NCBI GenBank assembly: GCA_051362555.1
Contig: CM120645.1
Coordinates: forward strand, 22,134,001-22,198,000
Reading direction: 5' to 3'
Source of the DNA: Lingula anatina
Taxonomy: Eukaryota > Animalia > Brachiopoda
DNA: 64,000 bases
The stretch's first letter is position 1. Every line of letters begins with the position of its first letter. A program made the translations under genes and the position numbers. A model generated the notes under the pieces. That model was not told the DNA's origin, made no database searches, and saw only the letters and a list, made by a program, of their open reading frames with translations. Of the stretch, positions 38,922 through 51,600 are shown piece after piece.

Positions 38922-41900
38922 CATCGGGTGGTACCACTGGCCTCAAAATAGCCGCATTCAATGTGCAGATATTTGGTAAAACCAAGATGTCTAAAGAAGA
39001 GGTGGTGGTTATCCTGGTCCAGGTAGGAAATGTGCATTAACATAATTATGCATCACTTATATATTCATATCTATATATTATTTATGTATATAAATGTACG
39101 GTACTGTAGCGATAATAAATTAAATCAAAATGTAACTGAGCTGACGCATTTTAGCGAAACGTTGGAAGCATTTCAGTTCCAGGACCTGTATGCACGCTGA
39201 TTACAAAGAGGGGTTCAGTCCAACCGATGTCCTTTAATCATTTTAATTTATTTTTTCGTAACCTTTAGATAGTTCAACGCTACGACATTATTCTAATTCA
39301 AGAAATCAGAGATGCTTCCCAGGAATATATATATGTGCTACTGAGTCTTGTCAACCAGTAAGTAAACTGCGACTTAGAATTCATTATCTTCTTTCTTTAG
39401 CTTAATCACTACATTTACACTTAAATCATTTGTAAATACTACACTTGCTGCACTTTAATCATTTAAAAACATTAAACCTGAAATATAAGAAAAATAAGAT
39501 TGATGGATTTTTTGTTATAGGCCTACATGTGCGTATAATGTGAGATTAAAAAATAGTTATTTGAAGTACAATATTCCGTGGATTTTTTTCAATACACGGT
39601 CAGTTCATTAAGGGTTCGTTCCTTGTATAATCGCTGTTCTACGTAGATCAACCCAACTCCGCAGTGATTCTTGTGAATGCAAACAGACCAAACGGATTAA
39701 CACGCCTCTTAAAAGCGTTAACTAGTATAGGGAAAAACTGGTGATTATGCGAGTGCTAGTGTGATGGAAACAAGAGGCTCGAGGCGTGAGTCCTGGGTTA
39801 AAGGGATAATAACTCTTCGTATGAGATCTGAGATATTTCACGATAAAAACATTGTGAACAACCAATAGAAATATAAGATATTCTGTTTTACGACCAAAAA
39901 CGGTAGTTATAGCTGTTATTCTGATATATGAGCTTGTCTTTAGACCACGTGACGTCCATTGATGGATATACTCTGTTATAATCTCTTAAGACAAAAAACT
40001 TTTTAGAAAAAAAAAACAGGGACTAACTTTGAATGTAAAAAATGGATTCATTAATCATTGGTAAGTATGGGAAAATTGTTGTTCACTCCAGGAAAATTCA
40101 TTTTTGGCCAAAACTAAGAGTTATTATCCCTTTAACTAAACACGTGAAAGGTTAAAACGCACGTAGAGTAATAACAGATAGGAAACCCCAAAGCGGACCG
40201 ATCCAGTGAGATGTACATGCATGGTAGATGTCACTAATATCAATGATACAATTAAGGGTCTTGTATTCAAGATATATAACAATAGTAAGCTAGGAATATC
40301 TCCGGTTCCAGGCAAGGCGGGCCTTCCTACTCCATGGAGCTCAGCGAACGTCTGGGACGCACGAAAGTCAAGGAACAGTACGCTTTCCTATACAGGTAAA
40401 CTACAGAAATGCCCCTCGCCTACGTGTTCGATGAAATTAAATTCACAACACTTTCTACCGACCTTTTATTTGTCCAAGTACAGACTCAAATCCACAGTGG
40501 CATGGATTACAGTCTACTAACTTACATTTTCCAAATGAGATTTCAGAATACTTTTAGTTAATTTCTTCTCAAATAAACAAGGTCAAGGTCAGTTGATGTC
40601 TGTGGGAGGGGTCATCACCAGGGGGAGGAGAATGTACAGCAAGGGGCCGTTCATTATTTAGGAGAAATTAACTGTGTATAAATCTGTTTGCTGTCTGGCA
40701 GGCATAATGATATTTTTGAGATGTTCATTCAAATTTGATGAACAAATACCCCGAGTGCTATATGTACGGGGGTAGGTGAGGTATATACAGGGTTACTACT
40801 TAATATGGAATATTTTTTATCATTGTTATTTTTGAGGGCTGATTAAAACATTTTTGGCATCAAAAAAGTATGTAATTGAGTGATAAAAATATCCAGTCTT
40901 CTATTGTGAGATATTTTGGTCAATAATATCAAATATGACAAAGATGTCATTCAAAGAAAAGAACACCCCCAGAAAACCATATCAACAGTTTGATGTCAGT
41001 ATTAATTTTAAGCTAAGATATTAAAGAAAATGATAGCCTCCCGACAGTGATATGTTACACAGTAAAAGAACTCATTACTGTTAATCATGAAAAGTCATCA
41101 ATAGCGGGTATGACCTCCAGCAGCCGCTTGCAGCGCCCTCATCCTACATGGCATACCCTGTGAAAAGTTTTTTAGAGTTTGGATGGGGATATCATTCCAC
41201 GCAGTGATATTTGCCTGTCGCAGTTCATCACTATTAACCAGCCGATGACCATAGCTATTAATTATGTGAGTTACTTCCGCCACAGATTTTCAGTTGGGTT
41301 CATATCTGGGGAGTTTGCAGGCCAGGACAGTTGCTGAACCCATTGGTTTTGAAGAAAAACAGTGATTCTGCGAGCTCGATGTGGGATTGCGCAGTCGTCT
41401 TGGTACACTAAGTTATTCCTGAAGATGACTCTTACAAATCGGATCATTGTTTGCTGTAGAGTGTCTCTGTAGGAACCCTGGTTGAGGTTGCCTCCTAGAA
41501 AAACCAACTGGTTCTGGGCACCGGCATGAAATGCTTCTAAAACAGAGACGTTAACACCCCCTGCTTGTACCCTAGGCAGTACACAATCATCGTTTTAAAC
41601 CTCTCTTACACGTCGGCGGACACGAATTCGACCGCCAACCCTAAAATCTAGCCTCATCACCGAAAACGACGTGATTCCAGTGTTTTGGCTGCAAAGGCAC
41701 GTGGTCCCCAGCCCATTGCAGACGTCGCTGTATATGTCCTGCTGTTAACAGTGGTTTCCCTACTGGTCTTCGGGCAAAATAACCGGCTTGCAGTAATCTC
41801 TTGTTCACGAGGGACCTTGAAACGGGTGTTTGAATAACATTCTGCCACTCTTTTCTGAAGACACTGGTTCTTGGTGTGATACGCGGACTCCCTGGTCGAG

Positions 41901-44900
41901 GTATTGGAGTAGGTGTCCCTGTTGTAGTATTTCTTTGGAGGACTTTACTAACGGTTCCTGTTAAATTTTGCATTGCCTGGCAATGGCTGTCCGTTTCTGG
42001 CCATTTTTTTCTGAGAGCAAGAATACCATAGTAAGCTGCGTTGCTTAGCTGTCGAACCATATCTCCTCAAAGGTACCTGTCAAGTTTCAGAGCGATCTCT
42101 TTGTTGCTTCTCTAAATACACTCCAAAGATTGGTCAAACCCATGCGTTTTTATACAAGGGCTGAAATTGCCGAAATGACCACCCCTCACATTTCTGACCA
42201 CAGAAAATGCAACTGCATACATCAATTTTTTCGACAGTTGTGTGGTAATTAGGTAACACAATTGGCTACACATGGGGTGACACCTCAGTTTTGGATTTAA
42301 AGTAGTTAGAGAGAAAATAAATATTTTGCAGAAAATTTACTCGCCAAAAAATAATATTCCATATTAAGTAGTAACCCTGTATGTTATACTCAACCTCAGG
42401 TGCATTCGCTTATAAAACAAAAATCGCTTTCCGTTAAAGAGTGGACAAGATATTAGCCAGTGAGCCATTGCAAGGTCGGGTTTTCACAGTCGATGATAGA
42501 AAGTTATCAAAATTGAATTCATTGATATTTCTGGTGTTAGTAATCTTTAGGGGACTTAGTGAGACACACAGAATGAAAGAACAACACATTTGCGTGGTTG
42601 ATTTTTCAGAAATGAATCTGCTACCGTACTTGGGTCTTATCAGTACGACGACGGACCAGATGACTTCACTGACCCATTTGAAAGAGAACCATTTTCTGTA
42701 AAGTTCCGATCCCTAATATCAGGTAATGTTACATCTGGAATGTAACGAAATAAACTGAACCACAATCACCTTTAAATTGCGCATGCACAAGACGGACAGA
42801 GTTTACTTATACATGATGAGCATTTTAAATGAAAATCAAATCAAATCTTAAGAGCTAAGCACTCAATATCGTATGCATTACATTTTTCTCTCTTAATACT
42901 CTTCTTAAACAAAATTTAGAAAACTATAAAAAATATTGCCATTTTAAATAAGGTTGAATATTTAAGTCTCTATTTCTGTCCATCTGGGATTTTTATTGAT
43001 ACAAAAATGTTTAGGTTCGAAGCCCACAAATGACGGTAATTTTGAAAGGGAAGAAATCTCAATTTAAGTTTTACTGATCACTAGAAGCATTTTGACAAAA
43101 TGATTGTTTCCATGATATTATACGGCTATGAAATGAGGGACTTTGGCCTTTAGAGTCATTAAAAAGTTAATTTAATATTTTACAGACTGTTGTTAAATAT
43201 GAAATCCAGTACACCGAAATAAATTTATGGGGGAACGCAAAGACCAGATATAAGTAGGCTATTACCATAAAGACGAGGATCATATCATTTTGGGCTAACG
43301 TTTCGTAGGAAATAAGAACAGATTTTCATTTGTATTATACCAGCTTGGGTACAGGAAATTCCTAAATGGATTAAAATCGAATTTGATATATAATTTGATC
43401 ACAACAATAAGAACTACATTCTGGTACCAAAATTTTTCTTGAAATGCCTAGTTCTGATTGTATTAGTGAAGAGGTGAAATGATGGCTAGGGAAAGTTGAA
43501 CATCTAAATCCTATTGAAAAATAAATAAATAAAACAAAACGCTGGTACCGGATTGTAGTGCACACTTCAGTAGTCAATTCCGTCAGTATCTTCAAAAATG
43601 TAGTACGTTACATCAGAGACCAATCACCATCTCCCATCAATTTCCAAAGCAGCAAAATTGACGATAAACGCGGGAGAAAAAAGCGACAGATAATGGAGTT
43701 TGTGCTCTTTAATTGGTTCTCATAACAAAAAAAAATCAATCAAACAAAAGAAATTTTGCCAAATATACTAGTAGCCCATTATAACGCATTGTTCCCCCAT
43801 AATTCATGTAATAGTAAATATGCGCATTACATTTAACAGGAAGCTACCTTCAGGCGCGTTTCTTTGGTTTTATATGAATTAATTAATAATAATAATAATA
43901 ATATTTATTTCTTAAAACCGCACTACACTAGCGTCTCAGTGCTGTTTACAGGTAAAATTATTAGGATTACAACTTATTATATATATAATAAAAGCTAAGG
44001 TAAAAAAAAAAATAATAATAATAATAATAATAATAATTAAAACTGGTTAAAATAGTAATGGTCTGAACAATAACACTTTTTTTTTCTGATAAAATGGGAA
44101 GATATTAATTAAAATACTGTGCAAATAAGAATGTTTTTAAATCTTTTTTAAAAACCTCAACACTGTCAATAGTCCGAATGTGTGAGGGTAATTGATTCCA
44201 TAAAATTGGTGCTGAAATTGAAAATGCCCTGTGGCCGTAGGTTTTGGTTGTTTTTTTATTATCATTTCTGATAAAACAAGGAGTGGAGGTGGATCTGGTA
44301 GACCTGGTGAGATTGGGTGTACTTGGATGTAGCATCGAGTTAAAATATGAGGGGCATTCACCTCTAGTGAATTTAAAAACAAACAACAGTAATTTAAAAA
44401 CAATTCTCTGTCGTACAGGAAGCCAATGTAGTTCGAATAAAATGGGTGAAATGTTTGATCTGAGAGGGATTTTGGTCAGTAGTCGTGCTGCAGCATTTTG
44501 GACAGATTGCAATTTTTCAATTTGATAGGTAGGAAGACCATACAGTAGACTGTTTCCGTAGTCAAGATGTGAAGTTAATTGTCTCCAACACACACTCTCA
44601 GTGTTACTCCACATGTCAATTACAATGTGACAGGGCTCTATAGTAGTACAAAATATCAGATTTCATATATGTCAAAACAGAATATAATTATCTCGGTTCT
44701 TTTGTACATGTTTCATGTGTGTTGACATTCCCACTTTCAGGCATAGAATTTGTCTTATGCGCGTTGCATGCTAAATATTCGGATGCCGTCAATGAACTAA
44801 ACGCTCTCGCCGACGTTGTGACTATTGACATCGCAAACGAGTGGCCAACAGATGACGTGCTTGTTTTGGGAGACTTGAACGCAGATTGCACCTACGTGCG

Positions 44901-45888
44901 CAACCTAACATGCTCTGCATTGTCACTGCGTTGTTCACCGTTCACGTGGTTGATACCTGACGACGCAGACACCACCGTGTCTCCCACGGACTGTGCCTAC
45001 GATAGGTGAGCGCTTTAAAGTCACACAATGAGCGTATAAGCTTTATACTGGAAATATTGTATCTCTGTGCATAATCATCCAGCTGCAGCTTCGTAAGTGC
45101 ATGCGTGCATGTTGAAATTGGTGCAACCTAGACTCTTACGAAAATAATTATTTATATTAATCATTTATAAGCAGACTAAGATGCAAAATGAAAATAAGAC
45201 CATTAAATCTTTACCCTTAATCACCAATTTCCAAAATGGTTAACAAAACTAGAACCATGTAAAAACTGTTTTTTGAGTTCTAAGCTAGAGATCTAAAATT
45301 TTAATCACTTTCGATGTTGACGTGGAGTCTGCATGATGTACGTCGGTTGTACCGGTGACAATTGACATAGGGAAGCTAGCAAGTCCATTTCCCTGTTTTG
45401 CGTTTCCTCGTATAATTTCCCATCCCTAAGTTTATGTAACCAATAACCAAGGAAAGCGTGTGTGGTGACGTTTTCTGTGGTGACTTTGTCGGAATATTAA
45501 ACGTTTTGATATAATTCCAGATTTGTAGCACTGGGCCAGAATTTGACCGATGGCATCAGCAACGCGAGCGTGTTCCGCTTCGACCTGGAATATGGCCTAA
45601 CATACGATGAGGTACTTATTAAACTACGTATTTGATTTCATGGTGTACCGTCAGACCATCTTGGAACAGATTTGCTTTAGTTATTACCCACTAATACAGG
45701 CCAATCGTGCTGTCGTTTTGATGAAGGTAGAATTATGTGCGAAAAGAAACAGACTAAACAGAAAAGTGGCTTGTAAATTATTTTTCAGTATAAAAAAATC
45801 CTGTTTTTTTATTTTAATTTACAACGGGGTTTCATTGCAGACCAAAGCAGTGAGTGACCACTACCCCATACAACTGGAGCTTGTGTAG
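38922..45888 (+). CDS. DNASE1: Deoxyribonuclease I family protein (DNase I / DNase1-like)
   Basis: Exons 38922-39022 (LKIAAFNVQIFGKTKMS), 39269-39357 (RYDIILIQEIRD), 40312-40395 (SERLGR..KEQYAFLY), 42610-42722 (YDDG..FEREPFSVKF), 44741-45005 (LHAK..GDLNADC..WLIPDDADTTV..CAYDR), 45521-45611, 45841-45888 (VSDHYPIQLEL, stop). All DNase I catalytic and metal-binding motifs are present. The symbol denotes the family, not proven orthology. Confidence 0.92.
39802..40131. mobile_element. Kolobok-like MITE in a DNase I intron
   Basis: TIR agggataataactctt / aagagttattatccct, with TTAA on both sides (39798-39801, 40132-40135). Confidence 0.75.
40788..42379 (-). mobile_element. Full-length Tc1/mariner element (1592 bp), transposase frameshifted, in a DNase I intron
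   Basis: 27-bp perfect TIRs cagggttactacttaatatggaatatt with TA on both flanks. ORF pieces MVRQLS..VVFGDEARF (42060-41641), YQDDCAIPHRAR..WPANSPDMNPTENLW, and ..GGHTRY* (to 41098). Confidence 0.93.
43885..44580 (-). mobile_element. 5'-truncated L2/CR1-group LINE
   Basis: ORF 44614-44105 contains LDYGNSLLYGLP..LQSVQNAAARL..LHWLPV..RAFSISAPILWNQLP..FKKDLKTFLF, followed by a 3'UTR ending tgtaaacagcactgagac..aataaat(att)n. Confidence 0.9.
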
Positions 45889-46894
45889 TCACGGACTTTA
45901 ACTGCGTGCGTTTTATTTTAATTGCATTCGCTCTTAACAGTTTCAAAGATTATAAACAGTACTGTTCATAATCAATTACACAATGATTGAGCAATTGTAA
46001 TTTGAACCAACTCTTTGGTGAAGGGATTTTGACAACTGGCTCATTTCGCTTCTGGATACAAATTTGTCTTGTTCATTTCTGTGGAAAGAAATTGTGATGG
46101 GGAAGAAATGAAAAAATAAATAAATTTAATCGGGGTAGATGGTATCTGCTTTCATTTTGGAAATGAGTCCCCTATGATGCAGGGTCAAGTGTGACAAGAA
46201 TGGTAGTCCACAGTCCGTTCCCCATTACTGTGTACAGGCGACATTCGTTCCATATACTTACGCCAATACTCCGACTTACCCTAACCTAAACTAAGCATAT
46301 GGGAGTCTGAACAATCATCCCTGTCACACCAGTTGCCGTTGTTTTATAAAGATGAGCCCCACCTTAGACAGTAGTTAAAACGAGAGACTGACATGAAATG
46401 TAGACTTTTGAAAGTTATTCCTTGTTTTACCTATTTAACTATATTAACTAGGTAAAATACCAGGAAATTTAGACGTTAATGACGATGACATTTCACTCAC
46501 CGCTATTTTCTGATATCGTTGAGAAGTTTTAAGTCCGCGCTTGCCACTATAACTTTTAAATGAAGTCGTGAGAGAAACCTTCAGAAAGATTAACATTTAG
46601 GGGGAGCTGTATGCGCAGTTTGACCGTGCTTACTATAGCGGGCGCCGTTGATAAAGTATACATATATTACTAGCTTTTGACGCCATCATTGTATAAAGTG
46701 TCTTTGGCATAAGACATTTCAAATAACATCATTCAAATTTCATTAAATAAAGATAAATATCCTAAACGATAGACTAAATCTCATTTATCAATTTTGGTAC
46801 AGTAAAGTTTGACTGGCTGTATGGTAGTTATCATATACGTATGGGGCTGATTAATGGATAGAAAAAACTCTTCATTCGGTCCCCTCTCTCCACA

Positions 46895-48331
46895 TTACAT
46901 GATCTCAACCTCACAAACAGCCAGATGTTTCCCGTTGCAGTCAACAACTTTCCACATGAAAGAATCGGGTCCGTCCATGATGACACAGTTCTTAGTGGGG
47001 TCATTGGATCCTGCTCCCCACTCGCTGTAGGAACTACCTAGCTTGGTACCATCTGTGAAGACGAACTCCCCTTCCTTGGCCTTATCGTCCATGCCTAACG
47101 AACGGAGAACATAAAGATGTGTAATAATGTTGGTATGAGTTTTCTCCTGAATTGATGTAACAAACTACCTACGTAGTGATCATGACTGTTAAGATTTGAC
47201 ACATATTATAGGCTCAACATCACATATTTAAAATTTATCTCAAAAACAATTACATATATAGATGTATACGAGAAAAACTACACTTGTAGTGAACATTTAC
47301 AGATGGGAATGATCGAGGCTGAACCCAGCGAGCAAATACAGGTAAAAGGTTCATCATGTCTTTTTTTGCAGCAATAACACGTAATATGTAATCAGCGAAT
47401 CAAAAACCTTACATTCAACAATCAAAATTATGTTTCTAAATATTGACTACAATACATTAAAAATTAAAACACGCAAAAGGGCATATGTATTCAGAAAAAA
47501 TATTATAAACCTACCTATCCAGTAGGACCACTGGGATTGAAGGGTATTGGTCACCGTCTTATATTTTCCTTTATCCTTTATATGCACCAGGTGTGCCCTC
47601 GGGGAGATACCGCTGCAGAGCCTGGCCCCGATGTCGTAACTCAACATAGTTTTCGATATAAACAAACAAGTGTTCTGTTTCTGTGAAAACATCGGAGGAC
47701 ATTTTTGGTCTGAAAATATTATTTTTGAATTATGATACTTATCTCCATCATTTAACGACCTAGAATAAGTAAGTAAACACATAGACATGTGTTAACACAA
47801 TTACGCTCAAAACAAAACATGAACATTATTATGGACATAGAACGACACTACATTTATGTATCGTGGTCTACACTCAATGCATACATTAAATGATGCGCAA
47901 TCAATGTCTCCGCCAGAGCCACACCTACCACAATGACCACCAGAGCAACACCTACCACAACGACCACCACAGTCACACCTACCACAATGATCCCCGTATA
48001 GTCCACGTTTACATGTACAAGTAAAGCTTCCCACAGTGTTATTGCATAGCATTCCTGGGTAAGGACACGTGCTAGGGAACTTGCATTCATTTATATCTGA
48101 AAACAATATGGATTAGTAAAGAAACGTTCAGAACATAAATCCTATAACTAAACATTAATAATTCATGTAAAGAAAGGCAGATGTTACTGTAATAAAAAAC
48201 AACTTTACTACATGTAACATTCAGTATTATTGTGAGCATATCCATGCGGTGGATAGTTAAAAGAAGTGAAAGTGACGCAACTATAATGTAAGTAACCACT
48301 CAGCTCACTGTAGAATCATTACACACACGTG

Positions 48332-48392
<61 letters not shown>

Positions 48393-48533
48393 AAAAGAAA
48401 AAGAAGAACAGCAACTTTCTTTAATGTTTTTGACCCCCTGAAGAAAGAAAGAAACCGGTCGGGGCAAGAAAGTTGCTGTTCTTCTTTTTCTTTTATTATA
48501 TATAATATTACTCGTACAGGAAAAACGTTTTCA

Positions 48534-48622
<89 letters not shown>

Positions 48623-51600
48623 TTTTTTTGTAACTAAGGGATGGGGGATTTATTTGATATCCTACACCCTTGGCTTGACCATATAATGTGCCACTTACCT
48701 ATACATGATCCGCCCTCAAACCCTGGCAAGCATTCACATCTGTATGATCCCTCTTTGTTGATGCAACGGGAGTTGGTAGGGCAAACATCAGAAAGGCATT
48801 CGTCAATGTCTGCAAATAAGATGATGTAGTGTAAGCATTTCAAATGAATGCTGAATAAGAATGTTAAAGTTTAAACTTTGTATTAAAAAATAATGGAATG
48901 GAACACGGTATGTGGAATCAAAATCTATCAAAAGGTAACTGATTAATGGTTTATTATACCTTTACATGTTCCATTTTTCTTTTCATATCCTGGCAAACAG
49001 TCACATTCAAGTTTGGTGCCATTGAAGGAACACGGATGAATACCACAATCGCAGCCTGCGTATTCTAAAATAGGTTCATGTACAGCGTAATGTATGATTA
49101 ATAAATACCACACAGCATTTTGCTTCTGTCAAGTAAAATATTAAGAGATCAATGCAAAATGCAAAACGTTTTCCTTCCTTACAAATAATTAAAAATTGCA
49201 CCTTCACGTGGCCCGGATAAATATTAGTGCATGGATGTAATAATTTAAACGATGTACCCGTATATATGATTGGTTCACCATTCATTTAAATATCGATTCT
49301 AGCAAAACTATTTTAGGTAACACATAAGGAGGTCACGTAGCGTTTAATCTGCGTAATGGTCTGCTGCGTAATGAGGTTTACCTTTACAGCGAGTCACGTT
49401 GTTGACACCAATTTTGTCAGTGGTGGTTCCACTTGGACACGGTTTGCAGGACATCTGACCAGGTTGGTCCTGATACTGACCAAATGGACATGAAATACAC
49501 TGCCGTTCAGCAATATCGTGGTATGTACCTTCAGGACAAGTATCTGGAAGATTGAAATGGCTTTAAAGATTATCCCAAATCTTATGTATTTGTAATATAC
49601 TGTAAATCCTTATCTTCAGCAAAATTCAAGCTTAAATGAAGACAAAGAAATTATATTCTTAACAGCAGAAAGCCAGCTTCACCTGCACCATAACTTCAGG
49701 TTCAAGCTTCAAAGAGTGAATTCAAGAGAACGTAAGTATTATTCTTATACTAAAAAGAACTTTCAAAGAGAATATTTTACATACAGCAGTTGAAGGCTTT
49801 CCTAATAGACCCATCAGGACACGCCAGTGACGGCTTGGAGATCTGGATGTTGTTTCCTTCCAATACGACGGGGGCGCCATCTATCTGAAGTGTCATTTTA
49901 TTCGCCAATATCGTCTGCTTCAGCTCAGCAGCTTTCGTCCTAATCATAAAAATATATATTATAATGAAAGCATTGGCCAATGTTTGGATTCGTTTTATAA
50001 TATCGACAAAATGAAGACGATTTGATGCTCCTACAATGCACACTACATAACATGCATCATGTCTTCATCATCACCATTCAGAGCTTAAAGTGTTCCACTG
50101 TTGGACAAAGGCCTTGGCATTCTACTTCCACTATATTCTGACTTGGGCTTAAGTTAACAAAAACATGGCTTTTTTAAACGTTTGTTGGTTGTATGAAGAT
50201 AAAGTAACGCTATAATAACGTTGTTTGCTGGAAGCATTTTTTTTTTCAGTATTCCTCTAACTCATCCCTTCAGCTCTTACGACGCTTCCTTTGTTTCCTT
50301 AATCCATATCTTTGTCTATTCTGTCAACCAAACGGTCCCATGTGGCAACAGGTGTATGTTCAGTGAAGGAAGAATAATATAGTGTAACAAGAAGGATATA
50401 TGCCAACTGAAAGTGGACACGTTTTTTCCTTTACCACTACTCGATGGTTTGATGGAATATGGTACTCACGTCAGTAATTTCAGAGTCTTTGACAGCTCAA
50501 GCCTGGCAGACTGCTGAGTGGTGATTGATCCCTTGGCAGGGGCTGCATACAAGGTGATCTTCACTCCGAAGCGTTTCTCTTGCGGCACCGCCCGTCTGTA
50601 TGCGTGGAACGCTACACGCTCTATCTCGATATCTTTTATCTAAAAATGAAGTTTGTGTTTTAGATATGTTTTACACGTAGAGTACAAATGATGTCAGTTG
50701 AAAGCTTTTTGTTTAACTGGATAAAGTTGATCACGATATAGACAAATACAAACACCAGTTACATACCATTGTCGTCAATATGTCCCGCAAGTTATATCTA
50801 ATGCATAACGTTTAGGTATACAAGAACTGCATATACCCTGTACGGCGAAATGTACCTTACATGGGTCTGTGCATATTTTCTTTGCGAGTAGTTCTTGGAG
50901 CATCCTTTTCTCTATTTCTAGCTTCAGCGCGGCATCTGGTTTAGAACTTGGAAGGGAGATACTGGGTCCACCCAGAAACAATTCCAGTCCAGATGCGTCA
51001 TCAGACACTGAAACAATATGCGTTTTAAATGGATGGAAGTTTAAAGTACATGTGTGAGTTATAATCATAATAACAGTTAGCAGTGCACTTACCAACCGCA
51101 TACATGCAGAGTATACTGTACATGTTGCATACTTACCTTGACACTTTCCTACCACAGCAGAAAGATGCTTCTCACCATCACCAAGAGGAACCTTCCAAGC
51201 CCATCCCGTGTTAGCATTACACTGGAAGACACTGTGCTTCTGCGTGTACTCCTGTCCAGTGGGACAATGCATGTAGCATACTTTGTCCAAGTCGTCACCC
51301 GAGCATGCCTTATAACCACCCTCTGGTGAGTCAAGGTCACTGGAGTTGCACTTACCATCCGCTAAGGAAAAGTATACTTACGGTAATTCAAAACGCTCAT
51401 TCAAAACAGTAGAGTATGATGAAATAATTGTGTAAGTGTAATACATGATACAGGGGGTAAGTCTTAAACTAGTCAAATGCCGTGTATTGCAATATGTCTG
51501 CATGTATCTATCGATCTATCTACAGGTATCGGTCCATTCCTTTGAGAGAGAGAGACAGTCAGAGAGAGAGAGAGAGAGAGATGAAAGCAAATAATAAATA

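Noticed and set aside
47807-47982. Metallothionein-like Cys/Gly peptide ([22 protein letters not shown])
   Set aside because: Not a separate gene. It is read-through of the 27-bp donor repeat after an EGF exon and is reported as a splicing finding.
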